Notes: generated from the sequence alone by a model not told the origin. Positions 14,014 through 28,171 are shown, counted from the first letter of the stretch. The stretch: DNA of 64,000 bases from Octopus bimaculoides (GCF_001194135.2 NC_068999.1:16507827-16571826), one strand, 5' to 3'. Translations and numbers: made by a program.

Positions 14014-14105
14014 TCCAAACAGACAGAAAGATAGCAAAGAGAGGCACAAAGTCAGAAAAGCAGACAGACAGACTGACAAACACACAGACTGACTGACAGA
14101 CAGCC
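13940..14105 (+). repeat. (TAGA)n/(CAGA)n tetranucleotide microsatellite
   Basis: Directly visible array. A similar array lies at 20640-21000. Confidence 0.95.
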
Positions 14106-15120
14106 AAACAGACACGTTTCTTGACAAATGGGTAGACAGACGGTTTTCAAAGTTAGCAGAAAAATTTTAAAAAATACGTTTCTTTATCTCAATATGTAAC
14201 AAGTGAGATACGTTGAGAAAATTATACAGAACAAGAGATTTATCATTGCATATTTCTTCGTTTCTATCTTTCGCAAAAAAAATTAACAAAAATTGCACAC
14301 AGATATACAAACATACATTTGTGCGTATGAATACATACACATATGCTTGTATATAAATATATGTGAATGGAAATAGATAAATATATAGCTTTACATACAG
14401 TCATATCTATTTACTAAGACATAAATATGTTTAGCTAAAAAATAATTCGAATCAAGGCAAAAATGAAATAAATATTAATGAAGCACTAAACAATCTTGGC
14501 AAATACGACGAAAAATATATTAAGAGATTGAAGAAATATCAGTTCGATCGTTTTTATCAAAATTTCTAGTTTGCAGTTACTTGCTTCCGATGACATCCTT
14601 AATCGCTAAAATTCATATCTCTAATATTACAGTATATCAGATATAAATTTGAGTTAGATTACCTACGAATTTTCTGTCTGTCAACGGGACAATATAGTTA
14701 AGATATAAATCGTATATCATTTTGCTTTGTTTTATGTTTTCCTTTTCTCTCTCCCCACCATTATAATGAAGCAACTTCGAGAAGCATACAAATGATGAAA
14801 AAGAAAATTAAGAGTGACAACGAAGAAAAAAAAAAACTATTATTGTTGAAGCTCCTGCAGCATGCACCCCGTTTATGCATATGTATATATATAAAATTAG
14901 TCTTCATATAATGATGATATTTCTGCTATTAGTTGTAAATGACATTTTAATTCTTAGTTCATAGAAAGTTATATTGCCATTGCATGCAACAATAGATATG
15001 ATAATTCTTTTAAAATTAGTACATCTGTCCCGTAAGATTCTCCCCCTCTCAACATGTGTGACTTACTGTTTTGTATATACATATATACGTGTGTGCGCGT
15101 GTGTGTGTGTATCGTTATTA

Positions 15121-15550
15121 AAGATGTGGTTGTGGTAAGGAACTTGTTTCGCTTCCACACGGATCCGGGTTCAATCTCACTGCGTGACACCTTGGGCAGG
15201 TATCTTTTGCTATAGCCTCGGGAGCACAAAAGACTTGTAATTGGTTTTGAAACACGGAAACTGAAAAAGGCCCACCATATACATACATACATATATATAT
15301 GCATATATATATATATATATATATATATANNNNNNNNNNCTGAAAAAGGCCCACCATATACATACATACATATATATATGCATGTGTGTTTTTCTGCGTG
15401 TGTTTGTCCCCCTCACCACCACCGATTGAGAACCGGGGTTCGTGTATTTACGTCACCGTTATCTAGCGCTCTCTCCAAAAATTGACAAAATAAGTACTGG
15501 GCTTCAGAAATATGTCCTGATGTCGATTTGTTCCAGTCAGATGACTGGAA
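15121..15550 (+). mobile_element. tRNA-derived SINE family B (CORE-like) with internal microsatellite
   Basis: Head GTGGTTGTGGTAAG..GGGTTCAATC, CACCTTGGGCAGGTATCTT..CTATAGCCTCGGG, internal TA/TG array, and a tail ending AGTCAGATGACTGGAACAAG. Confidence 0.8.
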
Positions 15551-15923
15551 CAAGAAGAAAATAGAATTTATATATGTATATTTCTTGAATTTCTTTAAAG
15601 CGTTTCAAATTTAAAACTGCGGTCATGCTGAGGTACCAACATTGGCTGTGTAACACGATTATTTGGAATCTCCTCTGATATGTGGCATTTAGAGAAAGAC
15701 GCAGCCTCGCACAGCTGCCCTCAATTTTGTTTCCGCCGTGAGGTAGGCTCATCTGGAGACCCTGGAAGGAGAGGATGCAACCTCGTCTTGAAGGCACCCA
15801 CACCCACACCATACATGTATCAAAGGTATTTTGGTGGGATATTGACGACGTGTAGGTCCTTGAAAACAAATTTGTTGCACAGTAGCTAGTCTTGTATATT
15901 GATAGTGTTGCTGGGATCCTTAG

Positions 15924-15964
<41 letters not shown>

Positions 15965-15976
15965 CATATTTTTTTC

Positions 15977-16510
15977 ATTGTAGCCCTCCTCTGAAGTCCG
16001 GCTTTGTGCAGCTCCCGCCGAACAGTTTTTGTTGAAATTGGGTTGTCAAGGTTGTCATTAAACTCTGCAGTAATTTTGGAAGCTGTTCTTTTGTGATCCT
16101 GTCTAACAATTCGCTTAAGAGTCCGACAGTCACTATCTGAACGTTTGGTCTTCTTCCGTTTTGTTTCGACGATGAGGTTTTTCCCTCATTCTCAAAGGCT
16201 TTCATTACTTTCAAGACAGCACATCTAGATATACCAAACATTTCGGCTGTTTTCGTTACGCTAGCGCCTGTCATAAGAGCACCAACAACTTAACCTCTGT
16301 GAAAGTCCAATAGACCTGTCATTTTAATGAATTTTAATTACCTTTTTCTGATGATATCTGAAAACAGACAGCAAGTTTAGCAAAAACATATTATGCACCA
16401 TTAATAATAAATAAAACAACAGACAAAAACAAGCTTTTGAAAGTTTTATAGATATTTCAAAATTATGATGCTATGATGCCAGGTGTTTCGATTATTTTGT
16501 CCAACCACTG
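15977..16510 (-). mobile_element. Tc1-like transposon 5' end with N-terminal transposase remnant
   Basis: Terminus TA|CAGTGGTTGGACAAAATAATCGAAACAC at 16510. Peptide GASVTKTAEMFGISRCAVLKVMKAFENEGKTSSSKQN is a Tc1 paired-like HTH. Truncated at a TA array. Confidence 0.85.
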
Positions 16511-16621
16511 TATGTCTGTATGCATGTATGTATGTATGGATGGATGTATATATGTATGTATCTATTTATCTAATATATATATAAGTTAGCTAGATACATA
16601 CATACACATGCACACACACAT

Positions 16622-16652
<31 letters not shown>

Positions 16653-17387
16653 NNNNNNNNNNNNNNNNNNNNNNNNNNNNNNNNNNNNNNNNNNNNNNNN
16701 NNNNNNNNNNNNNNNNNNNNNNNNNNNNNNNNNNNNNNNNNNNNNNATATATATGTATATACACTTATATACTTATATGTGTCTGTAAAAAAATCTCCGG
16801 ATAAATGATACAAGTGAAGCATGAACAATTTTATCAGTAATAAGATAGTATTAGTATGCTGATAAATAGCTGAGCGAATTTATATTAAAAATATATACAT
16901 GTAAGAAAAAAAAATGCAAGATAATAATTATTGTGCTCATCAGACAATCTTGCAGTCATCTTATTAAATTACAGAAATAATATCTTGCAGAAATTTAAAA
17001 ATATGTTTAATATGTTTACTGAAGATTGCAACGACAACTAATGTAGAGGACCATTAATATATCTGAACCAAACCAACTCGGCGTTCATATTTCGATACGA
17101 AGTAACATTACGCTTCTACAGTTTTTTTTTGCTGTTGTTTTTTGTTGTTTTTTGTTGTTGAGTTTTGTTTTTCTTATGTCGGTATTGAATTATGTAGAAC
17201 TGTCGCTGTTACCATTATGCGACGGGAACGCAAACATACCACCACCGGCTACCCAGCAGTGGTGGGGACAAGCACGACAACAGGTACAAATATGTACTCA
17301 TATAGATGTAAGTATATATGTAGATGTGAATGTGTATGTTTGTTCGTGTATGTGTGCGTCTGTTTGTGTGTGTTTGTGTGTGATTTT

Positions 17388-17427
<40 letters not shown>

Positions 17428-17483
17428 TCATATACATATATATATACATATACATACATATATACATATACATACATATATAC

Positions 17484-17610
<127 letters not shown>

Positions 17611-18074
17611 CATAGAAGTGTACGTATATATGTACATACATAAATATATATGTATGCATATACATACATACATACATGCATATATACACACAATACACGC
17701 ACACACGCGCGCACAATCACATACACGTATGTATAGTCATTGGTCGGCCCGCAGATCTAGTGCCAAGTGGTATAAGTAAATGACTGATCCTAGAAATTCC
17801 GGCTACACAAATTATAGCTAAGTTTATTACCTCTCAGCCACGTATATGTTCAGATATACTTAAGGTCTTCAAAATAAGACAAACTGCTGATGTTGCTACC
17901 ACTACTGCTACTAGTACCACTGAGTTTCGACATTAGTTCGAAATCATAAATTATTTGGGCTGCCATCTTTTCCTAGATCGAATTGCAAATGTGGAAAGGT
18001 CGAACATAATTTAGTGTCTCAATATACACCGTAGTTATAGGACACCTGACAAAATATGTTGTACTATAAAGTTC

Positions 18075-18240
18075 CGTCTCTTAGCGGCATTTCATCCGTT
18101 TTTACGTTCTCTGAAAAGATGAAAGACTAACTGTGCCTTTGATCTTTCCAGAGTTTAGCGGCTGAACAGTAGAGTCCATGGAATCGACTAGCCGCTTTTC
18201 CCAAAATTTCAGGACTTGTGATTTATGTAGAAAGAATAAT
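18075..18240 (+). mobile_element. SINE family A, decayed
   Basis: CTTAGCGGCATTTCATCCGTTTTTACGTTCT..AATCGACTAGCC..CCCAAAATTTCAGG. Confidence 0.65.
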
Positions 18241-20639
18241 TGAAGTTCGATTCTGTGCGTCCTCACCGGGGTATTTTTTAATTTTATTTTCGGTTGTATA
18301 TCAGGTTGATCTTTTCATTATAAGTTCATGGCTGTGTACTTAATAACTTACACATTGAGTACTGAAAAGAGCAGGAGGTGGGGTGGGAGAAACAAAGCAC
18401 TTTTTGATTCAGTAGATGGCTGCTATGAATTATATATATGAATGGATTCGAATTTGAAATCAAAGGGAATTTGATTTTCCATTTCATCTCGTGATCCCTC
18501 TTATATCAATTAATTCTACTATTTCATTCTAGAAAGTAATTAGGATGCAATTTTAATAACATAATATCGCTATGAGGTAACCCGTTTCCTTTTTCTTTCT
18601 CATTGAGATACTCCTAACAAAGATTGACACAAATATATACCTTATGTTGTGTGTTTAAGTATAAGCCCAGTATCTATGTTGTCTTTCTGATACAAGTGCA
18701 AATGGATATTACAGAAACAGAAGAGTATATATTATAGATTGGCTTCCGCCATAGAAATGTATCATGTGTGTATGTTTGTGCTTGTTTTCAGTACATTAAT
18801 CTGGACATGTCACAGTCGTCCTATGGTAAATTGTATTCGTCGTATGGGTCCAGGAAATTCTGTAAGCCCGTGCTTGTCTTAAAATTGACGGCAGTTTTCA
18901 GTTAACAATGTCAGCCTTGTTATTTATCTCTTGTCTCATTAATGTTTCTCGTTACTGTGAAACACGTTGTTTAGGTATCTCAGCGGAGGTTAGTGCCTAT
19001 TAGTGATTTATAGATGCATCAATTATGGACATACACTGTCGTACATCAACCATAAAACATACATATTTATAAACTCACAAGTACATATACACTTAAATAT
19101 GTGTATTATATTTATAGCTCAAAATTTATAGAAAACAAGAGTACAGAAACAGTTGTGGGAGCAACAAGCAGGTGTACTAGTTTGATGGTCGGAGAAAATA
19201 GAAAAGTATTTGACGTTTCGAGCCCACCCTCTTTGACAGAAAGGGATGGTATGAACAAAACATGGGAAGTGAGAGAAAAAGCCGGAGACAGAAAATAATT
19301 TGTCGGGATTAACAATTCCACATATATGTGTGCGTATGCCGTTTTAAAATGAAATCTGAAAAATTAAGTAGACAATACTATATTCGGAAACAATAATAGA
19401 GTATAAGGAGCTGAAGATTCAAATGAATGTCTTATTTACTACATAACTTTTTTCTGTGATATAGTAGGTGACCGAGAATATTAAATAAATCTTCAACCTT
19501 AAATATGATCTATTGTTAAACAAGAATATAAGTAACAATGTACCAAACACTCGGAAATCAAACAAATTTAGAGAGAGAAATGAGATACACAAGAGAAAAA
19601 AAGATGAATGTTTTTAATACTGCCTATATAGACTCCAAACCTCATAGACAAACTGCGAACACTTATTATTGAATTCGGAGAAAGTTAAGAATACTATTTC
19701 TTAATCATCTAGTACATAATAAAGGAAAGTCATTTGTACATTGAAGGAATTCCATTCAAACATTCTCAGTTATTATGTTTCACTACTCAACATATAATTA
19801 TGTGTTATTGTTAGACAGCCATTGAATCTTTTAATATTATATTATTTGTAAAGGACATTTTCCAGTAGATAAAACGATCTTTTGTGATAACCGACTGCTT
19901 GAACAACCAGTTACAATCAAGCTCCGATAATATATTTAACTTGTTAAATTTTATACAACTTCTACACTTTCAAAGAATTGATTTGTGTATAGAGTGGAAA
20001 TATCTATGAATAGTGAAGTATGTGTAATTATTTCTATATACGTATATTATCTTTTTTATATATTTTGAATTTTGGATATGATTATATTTCTCACGAAACG
20101 ACACTTGGTTTCATTTGAAAACACATATCTTACAACATTAAACGAATTTTCGAATTTGAGAAAACAAGAATCGGATTTTAGTATATATCAGTAAAAACTG
20201 TTGAAAAGATGAGGCACTAAACTATACGACTCAAAATCACATGTTCAAATTGACTGAAAGATATTTTCTGTATTTCTGGAGGTGACGTATTAGATTTTAA
20301 AATATATATATTACATGATACGCAGTACATTTACTCATTTCTCGCATTTGAATATCGGGAGCAATTTGATAAAAAGGTAATAGGTTCTGATAAGATAGTA
20401 ATAGGGTGCATTATTCGATGAAATATTAAAAGGGTGCAATTAACATCCCAAATGTTTCTTTATGAAGTGTTTCTCAGTTTTTGGTTGCAGTATATGTCGT
20501 TTTGCAGACTATAGACTTTAAAATTGCTCATTATTCTCCAATGGTATAAAACATGTACAAATCTGATTTTGCCTCATTCACTTATATTCTTTTTACGTAC
20601 ATAGATCAGACCAAACAACTGACAAAGGAACACACATAC

Positions 20640-20684
<45 letters not shown>

Positions 20685-20859
20685 CAAACAGAGATACATA
20701 CATACATATATACATACATACATATATACAGACATACAGACATATATGAATAGGTAGATTCATGAATGGATGGATGGATGGATTAGCTGATATATGGTTG
20801 AATACAAAGATTAACATATAAATAGATGGCTAAAGAGAGAGAGAGGGGGGATATTAGGG

Positions 20860-20917
<58 letters not shown>

Positions 20918-22301
20918 AAGAGTCAGGTAAACTGACGGTCAGACAGACAAACAGACAGACAGACAAACAGACATATAAGATAGATAGATAGATAGATAGA
21001 NNNNNNNNNNNNNNNNNNNNNNNNNNNNNNNNNNNNNNNNNNNNNNNNNNNNNNNNNNNNNNNNNNNNNNNNNNNNNNNNNNNNNNNNNNNNNNNNNNNN
21101 NNNNNNNNNNNNNNNNNNNNNNNNNNNNNNNNNNNNNNNNNNNNNNNNNNNNNNNNNNNNNNNNNNNNNNNNNNNNNNNNNNNNNNNNNNNNNNNNNNNN
21201 NNNNNNNNNNNNNNNNNNNNNNNNNNNNNNNNNNNNNNNNNNNNNNNNNNNNNNNNNNNNNNNNNNNNNNNNNNNNNNTATATATATAGCAGCAATTTCA
21301 CCATTCATTGTTACATTTTCTAAAACATCGTGTTACAAATTTAGCATATTAAGAGAATTAGAGAATATCATTTACAAATAAAATATGCCTTGATTAAATT
21401 CCGAATGGAGCAAAAAAAATCATTCTATTGAGCTTTGTAGGTTTGTTTTTGTATTTATAACAAATAAGAGGCTATTGTGAAGAATGAACGGATGAACTCC
21501 AAGAAGGAAACGATAGCTAATCACTATGTTTATTTTGACAAGAAATAGGTTTTCCTTTTTCATTCTATTCTCGTTGCCTCTACGCTGTTCTTGAACAGTT
21601 GTATCAATAAACATAACCTAAGAAATGCGAAATAAGAGACGTTAAAGACTCTCTTACAGCTTATTCTTTCCTGTATATGTCTACTTCCTCAAGATATGTA
21701 TACGTAAGTGTATATGTGTGTATATTTATCTGCCTCTGTATGTACGTTCGTGTTTGTGTCTGTGTGTGTGTATGTGTCTGTGTGTTTCTATCAGCTGTGA
21801 ATGTGTTTGGAGGTATGTGTAAGTTAGCTTAAAGATATGAGGTGTCAGAAATTATTAAGCTAAACACAAGCTTACAAAAGACAAAAAGAATACGCTGTGG
21901 GTAGATAGAAGACAGCGAAAATAATGTGTGTGTATGTGTATGTATGTATGGATGTACGTATGTATGTATGTATGTATGTATGTACATTGGTTGGCTTCCT
22001 GGTCGTATTTCGTACGATAGAGCGCTGCGAATGAATAAATATACTGATTTCGTGAAACAACGAACGTATTGACACAGCTGAGATAGAAGAAATCTCTCAC
22101 CAGAAAAAACAAAAGTGTGCTATAGAGGATATAAGCCTCAAACTGTCATCGCATACTTTTGCTATCATATAATTCTTTCTTGGTTTATATATGTAGGAAT
22201 AGATAAAAGACTAAGATAAAGAGTGTACCTCTATTTATAAAACTATTATCCCTCTCTTTAGGTAGGTATTCGTGACTGCTTATGTGAGAATGGTGTGTAT
22301 G

Positions 22302-22394
<93 letters not shown>

Positions 22395-23429
22395 ATGTAG
22401 GTGTATATGTATACATAGATATGCATATATATTTATTATGGTTTTGCTTAGATATATCAATACCTATTACTTGTTGCTAGAACTCGATGTATATCTGCTC
22501 TTCCGTTTTAAAGTAAGACACCAGGTGAGTAAGGTGCATATTGCCAATTGAACTCAGATCTAAGTGGTCTTGCATTACAGATTACATCTGGTTCGCATTC
22601 AAAAGAATCATTATTGTGGAAAGTTCTTCAGTACATACGGTTGGTTACATGCATAAAGAAATATACACTACAAAGTAATACGAGACCTCAGACGTGATAG
22701 CAATGCTTCGTCCAGTAGAATAAGGTGTAAACTAAACGTCAGTTGGTGCTTTGTGCTCGTGAACAAAACACTTCGTATCACATTACTTTGCGATCACTTC
22801 AACATCTGACGCCTGATACAACGTTCACGTGTTCAGGCAACGTCGATTTAATGGCGAGAGTGAACTAACGTCCGGCATGAACATTCGATCACTTCAAACA
22901 AATCCTTTTTGTAGGTCGTTCGGCAAAACCTTAACGATCATACGTCGTTTTCGACAGAAGAGTCTATCTATATGTGTGTGTGTGTGCGTGTGTATGCATA
23001 CAAAATCACGACGAAATACGCAGTACACACAGTACTTATGAAACGACTGCACAGTAATAACACATATATGTGTGTCTGTATCAATGTATGCATGTGAGTA
23101 GAATATATATCGTCACAGTGTATATGTGTGCGTGTATTCCTTTTCATCAGAAAAAGTGCAATGAGTGGTTAGTTTTGATAAAGAGCAAAAAGAGGAAATC
23201 ACGACACACTGAATATTTAAAAAAATCTATTTATGGCAGAGAATAAGAGGCAAACTGAAGAATACTCAAGAGTACAAAGATCTATATAACTGGAGCCAAG
23301 AATTTCAGACTTTATCTGATGCAGCAGAAATGTTACAACGCTTTAAAAGTCTTATTTCTTACATACAAGATGTGCTCTTGTCAACTGACACATATAACCA
23401 AATGAGTTCATATATTCTTACTTTTCATT

Positions 23430-24075
23430 TTCTTTCTTTCTTCTTATTTTGCGTTTCCATTTCTTTTCCCCATTTTTCTCTTTTTTTAGTCTCCTCATTT
23501 TTTATGATGTGGTTCTCCATTTTCTTCTACTTCATTTTCTTCTAATCTTTCTCATCCTTTCTTCTTTCTCTTCTCCTTCATCTCCTTTATTTTCTTCCTT
23601 CTCTTCTTCTCTCTTCTTCTTCTACTTTCCTTCTTTTCCTTTCTCTTCTTTTCCTTTCTCTTCTTTCTTTTCTTCTGCTTCTTTCTTTTCTTCTTCTTTT
23701 TCTTCTTCGTCTCTTCTCTTCCTCTTCTACATTTCTTCTTAGTCTTTCTTCTACTTCCTCCCTTTCTTACTCTTCTTTTCTTCAACGTCTGTCCTTTTTC
23801 TTCTTATTATTCCTCTTCTCTTTCTACTTTTCTTTCTCTTCCTTCTTATTTCTTTTTCATCATCATCATCTTCTCCTCCTCCTTTTTTTCTACTTCCTCT
23901 TCTTTTTCTTCTTCTTCTCCTTCTTCTCCTCCTTCCTCTTCCTCTTCTTCTTCTTCGTCTTCTCCTCCTCCTCCACCTTCTTCAAAATCATCACCATCAT
24001 CGTCTTCATCATTATCATCTTAATTATCTACTACTACTACTACTACTACTTCTTATTTTTCCTCCTCCTCCTCTA
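23430..24075. repeat. ~650-bp polypyrimidine/polypurine low-complexity tract ((TTC)n/(TCC)n/(TCA)n/(CTA)n)
   Basis: The + strand is almost exclusively C/T. Confidence 0.95.
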
Positions 24076-24696
24076 CTGCAAATTCCACATTCAGTTATTT
24101 TGCCTATTTGTATTACCCTTTAAAACCTCAACCGGGATACAGTTGCTGAAATACAATCACCGATATTTAACTATGAATTTAAGTGCTCAGGTGAAACATG
24201 AACTTTCACGTGTATGGTATTATTTTTCAATAATTTAGTTCAATTATTTTCAATCAATTCCTTTCCCCTTATACAGAAATCCCGACGAGCAGAACATCGT
24301 ATCTATTGAGAATATGTGATTTCCAGAGATACGGGGCGTCGGACTTACACTTCTTTATTATAACGATATGAGTTTGGTCTCAAGTATTCACAGAATTTCT
24401 CTTCTCAGACGAAATATTGCTGAGTGGTTATCGACAATATTTCATTGTCAAATACGGCCAGATCTACCGAAAATACACATTATTAAAAAAGTACGATATC
24501 AGTAGTGGCCTGCATGCAAAGAACTGTTCTACATATTTTACATACACATATACATGTGTGTATATTGTGTGTGCATATCTGTATCTATACTTATCTATCC
24601 TTCAATAAATATATATCAATCTATATCTATCTCTCTAGCTATCTATCGATCTATCAATCTATCTTTCTATCTATCTATCCATCCAGCGATCTATCG

Positions 24697-25110
24697 TTAC
24701 TCTTTTACTTGTTTCAGTCATTTGACTGCGGTCATGCTGGAGCAGCACCTTTTAGTCGAGCAAATCGACCCCAGGACTTATTCGTTGGGAGCCTAGTACA
24801 TATTCTATCATTCACTTTTGACGAACCGCTATGTTACGGGGACGTAAATACACCACCATCGGTTGTAAAGCGATGCTGGGGGGGGGGCAAATACAGACAC
24901 ACAAACATATACACACACATACATACTCATACATATACATATATACGACGGGCTTCTTTCAGTTTCCGTCTATCAAATCCACTCACAAGGCTTTCGGTCG
25001 GCCCGAGGCTATAGTAGAAGACACTTGCCCACTGTGCCACGCAGTGGGAATGAACTCGGATCCATGTGGTTGGTAAGCAATCTACTTACCACACAGCCAC
25101 TCCTGCGCCT
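24697..25110 (-). mobile_element. Near full-length tRNA-derived SINE family B (CORE-like)
   Basis: The minus strand begins AGGCGCAGGAGTGGCTGTGTGGTAAG (A box) and carries GAGTTCATTCCC (B box) and a GGGCAAGTGTCTTCTAC core. It has an internal TA/TG array and a tail ending CAGTCAAATGACTGAAACAAGTAAAAGAG. Confidence 0.9.
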
Positions 25111-25360
25111 CTTTCTATATACATACACACACATATAAACACATATATATATACATATACGATTACATTCTCGTGAACATAAAACGTCTGTTTGTTTTTA
25201 TAAGCGTGCATGTACAGTTGTGCAATGAAAATATTACACTTTCACACATTTTCACTTCCAAATTACGGCTGAGTGAATCTATTCTGGAATAAAGAAATAG
25301 ATTTCTGTTACTTTCGTTAATTCCTCGTGGTTGTTTTTGTTGTCATTGTTGTTATTCCTC

Positions 25361-25395
<35 letters not shown>

Positions 25396-26143
25396 GCTGC
25401 CGTTGTTGTTGTTGCTCTTGATGTAGTTATCGTCGTCGTGGTTGTCGTTGTTGTTGTTACTATTATTATTGGTCATAATATTTCTGTTTTTTTAGCTATT
25501 GTTGTCTCTGCATAAATAATCTTTGTGGATGCGAATATCGGTTTTAACAGACTCGATTCCAAGACGTGATATATTTTCTTTAGTTATTATTTATATTGAT
25601 GACTTGACAAAATATTGTAGACTGCATGAATTACCATTCTTTGTTTTGGTTTTCTTCATCTGGGAATACGATTGTAATCATTCATGTGCGGTGCTGTTAT
25701 ATGTTAGCTGCCTAAATGACAGCAAGCTATGTATCACGTAGAATATGTTGTTTCAAATAAAAGGAAAGTACAAATTTGAATAGTTAGTGTGTGCGTGTAC
25801 ATACATGGAAAGATATACACACAATCTAGACACACAAGCCGATACTCACCTAAATGTTTTCTTGCATATAAAAGATATATACCTATATGTGTGCGTATGT
25901 GTGCATGTGTGTATTTCTGCGTGTGTGAAGTAATAAATTGGTTGGTGTGTTTGTGTGATGGCTGTGAGTTGGCTTTATCATCACTGTATATCAATCATAT
26001 ATTTGCACAGAGTATATTTGTTTGTGGTGATTGTTTATTTGCCTTTCATGATCCGAAATATTTATGCTCACCCGAATTCACAGCCAGCCACACTTGCAAA
26101 CACGAATTTCATGTATACATACTTACATACATACATTCATATA

Positions 26144-26203
<60 letters not shown>

Positions 26204-26245
26204 CATGTGGTGTGTGCACGTGTGTATATGAGTTTGTGAAACTGA

Positions 26246-26284
<39 letters not shown>

Positions 26285-28171
26285 TGTGTGTGTGTGTGTG
26301 TGTTTAAAATATATTGGGTGTCTGTGTGTGTAATGCGTTAGTGTATATGCATGGATATGTGCACACATGCACACCCACTCACACACACATACAAATATAT
26401 CTGTGAGCGTATGATGGGGTCATAAGTAAAAAAAATATTTTTATCTTGTCAGGGGAAAAACAAAGCCATAATCAAATCTGTTTCTCTTTTAGGTACATTG
26501 GTGCCTTAACCTTACCCACGCCCACTAAAATTTGTGATTACGATATAATGAAGTGTCATGGTTTATTTGTCTTATTTGCAAATTAAAACAATAAAGATTT
26601 GTAATTCTATGTTTAATCATATATATGTGCTTTAGAATTCGTTACACTGTCAGATATTACCACACAGCGTAACTTTTGTCAGAACGTCGTTGTTATCTAA
26701 CAAATATTTCTCTATTCTAATACGTTGTGCTATACTAATACATAGTTATGCAACATTCTGACGTGGATTTCGCATAAATACTAGCTTCAAAATACTAATA
26801 CTGAAACCGGTATTAGATTTGACGTGGATAATTTACTTAAGCTTATATAACGACAATGTTTTCAAGGAGGGTGCAGTTTATGAGAAATGGCATGCAATAC
26901 TTTTTTACATTGCATCTTAGCAACCCATAAATTGAAATAATGTCATCTGGAATTTTGTATGTTTGGAGTAAAAAGTGATGGTTACGGCATGAATATTTTT
27001 GATTATATAATTCCTCGGTCAGGTCTGATCTAGTCCTAATAAAGGTGTAGAAGACAGAAAAAGGTAACTAATTGTCGGAAGCGTTAGGTTATAGATAATA
27101 TGAACTTATCAGATTATCCCAGATCGCAGCGCTTCAGATATATCCCTCTCCTCGATATCAACTGTTACTTTCTTCGTTTCGGGATCAATAAAATCGTTCA
27201 CCAGTCCAGAGTTGGGGATCGGTAGATGTATTAGAGGCTCGGGCAATATTCCTGTGTTATCTGTTACATTTGTTACAGGGGACAATACCCCTACTGTTAT
27301 CGGCATTCTAATCTTTTTGGATGGTAGAGTCAATGCAGCAACGGTATAAAATCGCCAATTGCTCCTTGGGTGAATTTAGTTTGTTATGTTGCACACATTA
27401 CAATCAGATCCTCACTCTCAAAACATCTTCCTTACTACTTCTAACCTTTTAGATAGGGACGGAAAACAACAAAATGAAATTAAATGCAAACTAAAAGATA
27501 TCATTAATAAGAATATGTAGCCTGCTCACGTTTTCGAACTGTCAAGAGTTTACTTTTCTTTTAAAATACTTAGCACTTATCTTAATCTTTTCTTGTTCTT
27601 TTTTCTATAATTCACTGACGTTAAAATACAATTAAGTATGTGAATTTTATGTTCTATATTGATTTTCCATATCTTATGTGAAATGTCAGTCCTGAATTTT
27701 ATAGTGTGTGAAATAAATGTAGATTTCTTTTTTAAAAAATAAGGAAACGAAATATAAGAATATTTACAACATTCTGACTAAGTATTTTTCTTTTTTTTTT
27801 TCTTCGCCGTATACGGAGAAGTATGATTTCTAATAAAACTAATATAATAATTCTCTACGACGTCATAAATTTTAGAAAAAAATAGATGTTATCTATGCAT
27901 TTCAATTTGGCTTACGGTATTGGAAGGTTTTATATCTTGGAATTTTGCACTAGTACATACATACATGCATACATACATACATGCACGCATACATACATGC
28001 ATATATACATACATACATACATACATACATATATGTATGCATTTGGATGCTTACCTACATACACTCACACACGTATATATGCATGTTTCCTTTAATATAT
28101 TCAACGATGTACATATATATGCATTTATATATATAGGCGGGCATGCCTATATATATATATATATATACATA

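Noticed and set aside
15261-15375. Exact duplication of CTGAAAAAGGCCCACCATATACATAC... on both sides of a 10-N gap
   Set aside because: Typical unmerged contig overlap at a microsatellite, so an assembly artefact.
23256-23285. CTGAAGA-ATACTC-AA-GAGTAC-AAA hammerhead-like word
   Set aside because: No GAAA after stem II, a mismatched 10.1-11.1 pair, and no stem I or III.
23552-23785. Lys/Arg-rich 77-aa ORF
   Set aside because: Antisense translation of the polypyrimidine tract.
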